Assembly (NCBI GenBank): GCA_965603825.1
Contig: CBFDEM010000035.1
Location: 248,001-312,000, forward strand
From: Blepharisma stoltei ATCC 30299
Taxonomy: Eukaryota > Protista > Ciliophora
DNA length: 64,000 nucleotides
Direction of reading: 5' to 3'
Position numbers and translations under genes: made by a program. The notes under the pieces are model-generated. The model was not told the origin of the DNA. It saw only the letters and a list, made by a program, of their open reading frames with translations, and made no database searches. Shown here one piece after another: positions 58,734-64,000 of this stretch; position 1 is the first letter of the stretch, and every line of letters starts with the position of its first letter.

Positions 58734-59204
58734 TTAAGATATAAAGTCAAACATATAGGACATTTGAATCAAAACTCTGCACTGCTCTGACTTGTCTGGG
58801 TTGGCGCAGATTGATAAAACTTGTTTTACTATGGGCTCGCTGTCCTTGAAGCCATTCATCATTGTATAGAACTCATTATAATCTTTTGGGCTTGTGTTAT
58901 GCTCGACGCAGACAGCTCTGAGCTTCTCTTTGACTTCTTCGTCTAAAAAATCATTCTTTGTAGAGCCATGATAATGTCTCAGTGCCTTTCTAATCATTTT
59001 CTCTAAAGGATTTTCTTTCTCTTTGTCTTCATTATAGTTGGCAAGCCAATTAGCAATTCTTTTCTTTTCTTCTAGATACTCATATATTGCAATTAAGGAA
59101 AAAAGACCAAAGGGTATGGCTCCAAGTCATTTGGCATAAGCCCAAGCTGATGGCTCGGGTGGGACTTCGCCAGAAAAAAACCTTTTTGCGAACCTATGTA
59201 TCAT
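58734..59204 (-). CDS. Putative mitochondrial single-pass protein
   Basis: MIHRFAKRFFS presequence; AK-W(TGA)-LGAIPFGLFSLIAIYEY TM; joins ORF 58734-58997. Confidence 0.7.
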
Positions 59205-59244
59205 AATTGTATTAAGAAGAATAATTATAGCAGAAAGCATTAAA

Positions 59245-59487
59245 TTATAATCCCTGCATCGCTAAACGATTTTGTTCTTCCAAAAGTGCTGGGTTGTAGA
59301 CATAGTCAGCAATTTTTGTTCCCCATTTCACCAATACAACAGTGGTAACCACAAAAAGGCCTACGGTGGTGTAAATTGATTTCTTTTCAGCTCTTTTTCT
59401 AGGGTCAGATGGCCAAATAAAATTCTTTAATCCCTCGTAACCAGCTTTGAGTTGCTTCTTTGCTTTATTCTCTTTTATCTCTGACAT
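59245..59487 (-). CDS. Small single-pass membrane protein
   Basis: 80-aa ORF with TM IYTTVGLFVVTTVVLVKW. Confidence 0.7.
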   Translation of the reverse strand: MSEIKENKAKKQLKAGYEGLKNFIWPSDPRKRAEKKSIYTTVGLFVVTTVVLVKWGTKIADYVYNPALLEEQNRLAMQGL

Positions 59488-59542
59488 TTATAAGTAAACA
59501 TCATTTACCAGAGAATTTAATAATAATTATTTAAATCAAAAA

Positions 59543-62440
59543 TTAGCTTACTCCTTCTATTGAATTGAAAATAGGCAAAACTACACTGATTTTAGGCATC
59601 AAAACTTTCAGATTTTCTTCTACGCAAATCAATTTAGACTCTTCATCAAGAAGTCTTAGCCCAATCCACACTGAATCAGGGTTCTTTGGGTTTAATACTT
59701 TTCCTTTGACTTTTTCCATTATTTCATCCAAGTCTCGCTTATGAAGCTTCCAACTGATTCTCTTTAAAAATCTCCATTTGAAGTTATTAAGGATTTTATC
59801 AATATTTGGGCTAATTTCTGATAAATTTCCTATTGGGCCATTTGGATGAGTAATTTGAGCGAAAGGCTGAAGGTAGTCAGTTGAGAAAACTTGATACGTT
59901 TGTGTGAGCTGGGTAAAACTCTCTACTGTAAGTGCTTGAATTATTTCATTGTCTTCTCCTGTGAAGTTCTGAGCAAACTCATTAAAAAGTTCACGGTAAT
60001 AAGACTCAGAAAGTTTGGCAGTTGAAATGTGCCTTACAAGCAGCTCGAATTCTTGGAAATTCAAAAATCCATCGTCATTAAGATCTGCAGCCTCATAAAT
60101 GCATTTCACAAAGTTCATCCTGATAGCTCGTTTTTTGCAAATTCGTTCAATAACTTCATCATATAGTTTATCAAGCTCAATATATATAATTTTATTCTGA
60201 TCTGTAATTTTTAGAGCCTCAATAGAAACTAAGAGCGAGCTTACTTCCTCCTGGGCCATCTCAGCTAGATATACTTTGCAGAATTCAGTAGCTTTATCAT
60301 AATATACATATTGAATTTCTGCGAAATCTCCTTGGTTTTCTTTAAACCCAAAGTTTTCTTTCATGAATTTAAGCAAATCCAAATAGACCTCAAGGTCTTG
60401 GTTTGTGAGCTCTGAGTATAATTTCAAAAATCTCCCAAATATATAAATTCTTTTAATGTTTTTGAATTTAACACAAGATGATAATAACTGATACATTTTG
60501 TTAACGACCACTTTATGCATTCCGTACTTCCTATTAAAAACTTCTAACAGCAACTGAGACATCGTTTGGTTTTTATATTCAGGCTCATTTGTTCTTGATA
60601 GCTTAATATCATAAAATTGGGTAATGAATTTCAGCAGCATTTTTTTGATCATTATTTTTTTCAACTTATGATTTGGAGTATTCAGAACTTTTTGAGTTAT
60701 CACTGTCGCTAGATCTTGAGGCTTTTTCATGTGAACTTTTTGGATAATAGACCAGAGTCTTCCGATTTTCGGCACCTCTTCAATTTTTTCAACAGATTCA
60801 GCTTCTTCAACCTCAATTTCTTGGACCATCATTGGGGTTTCTTCTTTTACTTTTTTAATTGCCATTGCAATGGAAGAATACAAAGTATTAGCAAATGCAT
60901 AATTTTCAGCGACATTTTTGTTTTCTTTGATGTTAGTTTTCATCTTCACAATCAAATCGTTCACTTGGTCAATCTTTTTCTGAAATTGTACCAAAAATTG
61001 TTGCTGGTTTTCAGAATGCTTTTGGGTTTCCTCTCTAAAGGTTTCTTCAATTCATGCTCTGTCTGCATCTTCTTGACTGTATTTTATTATGTCCATAATT
61101 TGCAGCTCAAGCTTTGGGGTTTCTGGCTCTTTTAGAACTTTTCTTTCACCTTTTGATTCTCCGCAGAGTTCAGTTACATCTGTTTGAATTTGAATTTCTT
61201 TAACTTCTACAATAGGTGCATCAATTCCAATGTCTTTGAAATCTGGCACCAAAAATATTTCTTTTTCATTTTCTTCATTTTTACTGATGCTTTCAATAAA
61301 TGCATTTGAGTCTAGAGCATGAAGCTCACTGACTTTTGATAGTACAGGATCTTGGGCTAAAATTTTATTAATTTCTTCTTGTTTTTTTCTTTTTACTTTT
61401 GCTATTTCTGGAGGGATATATTGAATAATCCCATCTTTATTTTCTTCAAAACTGATTTTTGCTCTTTCAACTTTGGTACTAAGAATTCTATTATCCTCTT
61501 TTAGCAACAAGACTTCTTTTTTAACAGCTTCATAATGTTGTTGTATTATTTCAATTTTATCGCAAAGTCTTTCTTCTCTGTTTAGAAACGAGCTTATTTC
61601 TTCTTCTTTACTATTCACTAACTTTTTAAGCTGCTCTATTTCATAATTGCATTTATTTTTTTCAACAGTCATTCTTGATATTTCTGCTGAAAATTTTTTA
61701 ATTATGCTATTTTTTTCTTTTTCAAAATCATCAGACTGGCATGTCAGCTTTACTTGAGAAACTCTTAGTGCCCTCTCTAATAAGCTTAAGTAAGCTTTTC
61801 ATACCATGTTAATTAACTCTCCGCGTTCTTTACATTGTACACTCACCTGTCTAACAATTTCGTAAAAGCAGATGTTATAGATCATCATTGCGCTTTCAAA
61901 CAGTTTGTCAATATCTTCATTTTGGTCTGAAAGAGCTTTGTTAAGCATTAGCTGGACTCAATCTGCTAGCTCTTGAGCATCTTTTCTGCCAACTGGGCTT
62001 CCCAAGTCATATTTTTCTAATTCACTATCTGAATTTATAGTCAATGACTCTTTTAATTTTTCGAAACTTTTAGGAAATTCTCTTGCAGTTTTTCCTTTCA
62101 TTATCCCCAAGGTGGCCAGAAGTTCGCTGGTATTTTCTTCTTTTATCATTGATTTAGCATGATCAGCGTTATAAGAAATCCCTCGAGCTGTATTGAGTGT
62201 TTGAATATTTTTCGATCTATCTGTTGAAATTTTTCTATTTGCGATATTAGCAAGCAATCTTGTCTTAAATGCTTTATTCTCTAAATGAATTTTGAATTTT
62301 TGAGACGATAAGCCTGGAAGTGATAATGATGGAGATAAATTCTTTTTGTCAATAGCACTACTTGTGCAGTTATCAGCTGAAGGAATCATAATCATAAATT
62401 TTTTCTTATTTGTTGGGGTTACTTGCTGACCACTTTTCAT
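59543..62440 (-). CDS. Axonemal dynein light chain (p28-type) domain protein with coiled coil and EF-hand
   Basis: PVGRKDAQELAD-W...IYNICFYEIVRQVSVQCKERGELINMV-W; TGAs at 61958, 61799 and 61052; DLNDDGFLNFQEF. Confidence 0.85.
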
Positions 62441-62690
62441 ACCTTCCTAAAATAAAAATATTTTCATTTTAATTTAAGGCGTAAAACCGAAAAATGGATA
62501 TTTTTTGTTATGATGCAAATAAAATCGAAATTGTCGTTTATTCATTTTAAGTGTCATTGAATAATTTTAGACAAGAGAATATTTTCTTGCATTTATTTTT
62601 TGATTCTTATTAAATCTAGCTCAATTTTATGATATATTTTTAAGGTTGATAATTATATGGAAATAATGAATTATTTGGAAGTAATATTCA

Positions 62691-64000
62691 TTAAATTAAT
62701 CTTTTTTCATAAAACAGAAAATAAGCTTGCGATTGTAAAACTTCTTGTAAATCAACTCTTGTATATATAGAATCATTAAATCGATATCAATGGCTTCCAC
62801 GCTTGCAAAATGAATAATAATGCCCACCTTCTGTATTCCCCATATGAACTCCAACAGCAATCAAATCATATCTAGCCCTTTCATTGCTGTAATCAGTAAC
62901 ATCAAGCACACTTTCAAAAGTGCATTCAACATTTGACTTCCTTGGGTACGGGCTGTAGGCGTTAGATACAAACCTCTTTAGCTGTATTAATAAATATGCA
63001 GGATTCCTCACAATCTTATATTGCTTATCAATATCAGTGACTTTTTTACATGATTCACATTTATATTGATTTTTTATTTTTTCCTTCGCAGTGAAATGCT
63101 CTAGACTTTGATTTAGACTTGGAGCCAGCTCTAAAGCTAGGAGTGTAAATGGCTCAAAAGCATCACTATTTTTATTGCATTTCATGCAAGTTACCCGACT
63201 AACAAACAATCCTGAAAATATTTCAACTAAAAATTTCGAGTGGTTGTCTTCATAATACCTTCATGGGTCACTGCCTCCATTAATTCTTTTCTTAGGTCCT
63301 TGCTCTCGATCAAGATCATCTAATAATTTTCTTAAAAATTCAGGAGCATCATGCTGGCGACCAGCTGGGAAGGTTAAAGCAAAAATCCTTCAAATTTCGT
63401 TTGGTCTTAAAATCCCTCCATTTTCTGATGCCTTTACAAATGCAGACATTGCATTTGATAAGGGTGTATCTGATCTTTGTGTAATGCTCTTCAGAAAATT
63501 GCAAAAAGGTAATACTGATAATAGGCACTGTAAAGTTGCGTTCATATAGCAATAAAACATTGGGTTTTCCAACCCAATGACACCTCTATCTCTTGAGACA
63601 GAAATAGGCCTTGACTGCTGAATATCATCTATTTGATTAAATTTAGATTTAAATTCACCGCTTGGCTTAGGTCCCAAAATTTGATTTTTTTGGAGGTGTA
63701 TAGTATCAGTTATTAGTGACGATCTTGACTTCGGCCTAGGAGGAATTTCATTTTTTTCTTGTTTTAATATTGTTCTTTGAGCTGGGATTAAATCTGGACT
63801 TCTTGACTCAGATGATATAGAAGACGTTGTTTCCTGATACAGCTGCTGAGGAATTTTTGGGGTGACAGCTGGCTGAAAAGATTTGACAGGCGGCATTGAT
63901 ATGTATCTGGAGTTTTTTAAATTCATTTCAACTGGAAAATTTTGTTTAGGCCTCTGACTTAGAGTAGTAACTTGATTTCTTTTGTCCTGAACTGAAATAC
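62691..64000 (-). CDS. Ubiquitin-specific protease (C19); frame open to the window edge, start uncertain
   Basis: GLENPMFYCYMNATLQCL Cys box, QHDAPEFL, LLIQLKRF, HMGNTEGGHY, H-W-YRFNDS, AYFLFYEK; three TGAs. Confidence 0.9.

Overview
Gene-dense, AT-rich eukaryotic DNA, most likely macronuclear DNA of a heterotrich ciliate of the Blepharisma type (taxon inferred). Two features explain the fragmented ORF track. First, TGA is read as Trp: more than 50 in-frame TGAs sit inside genes, many at invariant Trp positions such as the PTP WPD loop, kinase DxWSxG, an IQ motif and TTLL WIIKP, while every reconstructed gene ends in TAA or TAG. Second, there are tiny 15-16 nt GT-AG introns with an A six nt from the 3' end. 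With these rules the window resolves into about 38 protein genes, one tRNA-Val(AAC) and two decayed gene relics. Genes include a hybrid histidine kinase, CDPK, ULK4/RUNKEL, DYRK, PTP, Rho GTPase, DHHC, kelch-BTB, ANKRD13, mtRF1, ICT1, CapZ alpha, kinesin-2, TTLL, CABLES, P3A ATPase, YY1-like ZF, ATG8 and a USP. Most notable: a full-length P3A H+-ATPase homologue lacking its catalytic aspartate (DKTGT->KKTGM, GDGxND->GSNVND); two divergent genes whose ATGs are 3 bp apart; a 61-aa PNRC/Edc1-like decapping-activator candidate; a ToxA-like methyltransferase with a decayed tandem copy; a Trp-rich ESV1/LESV-like repeat fused to a coiled coil; and several other active-site-variant enzymes. All family calls are by-eye motif recognition; no searches were run.
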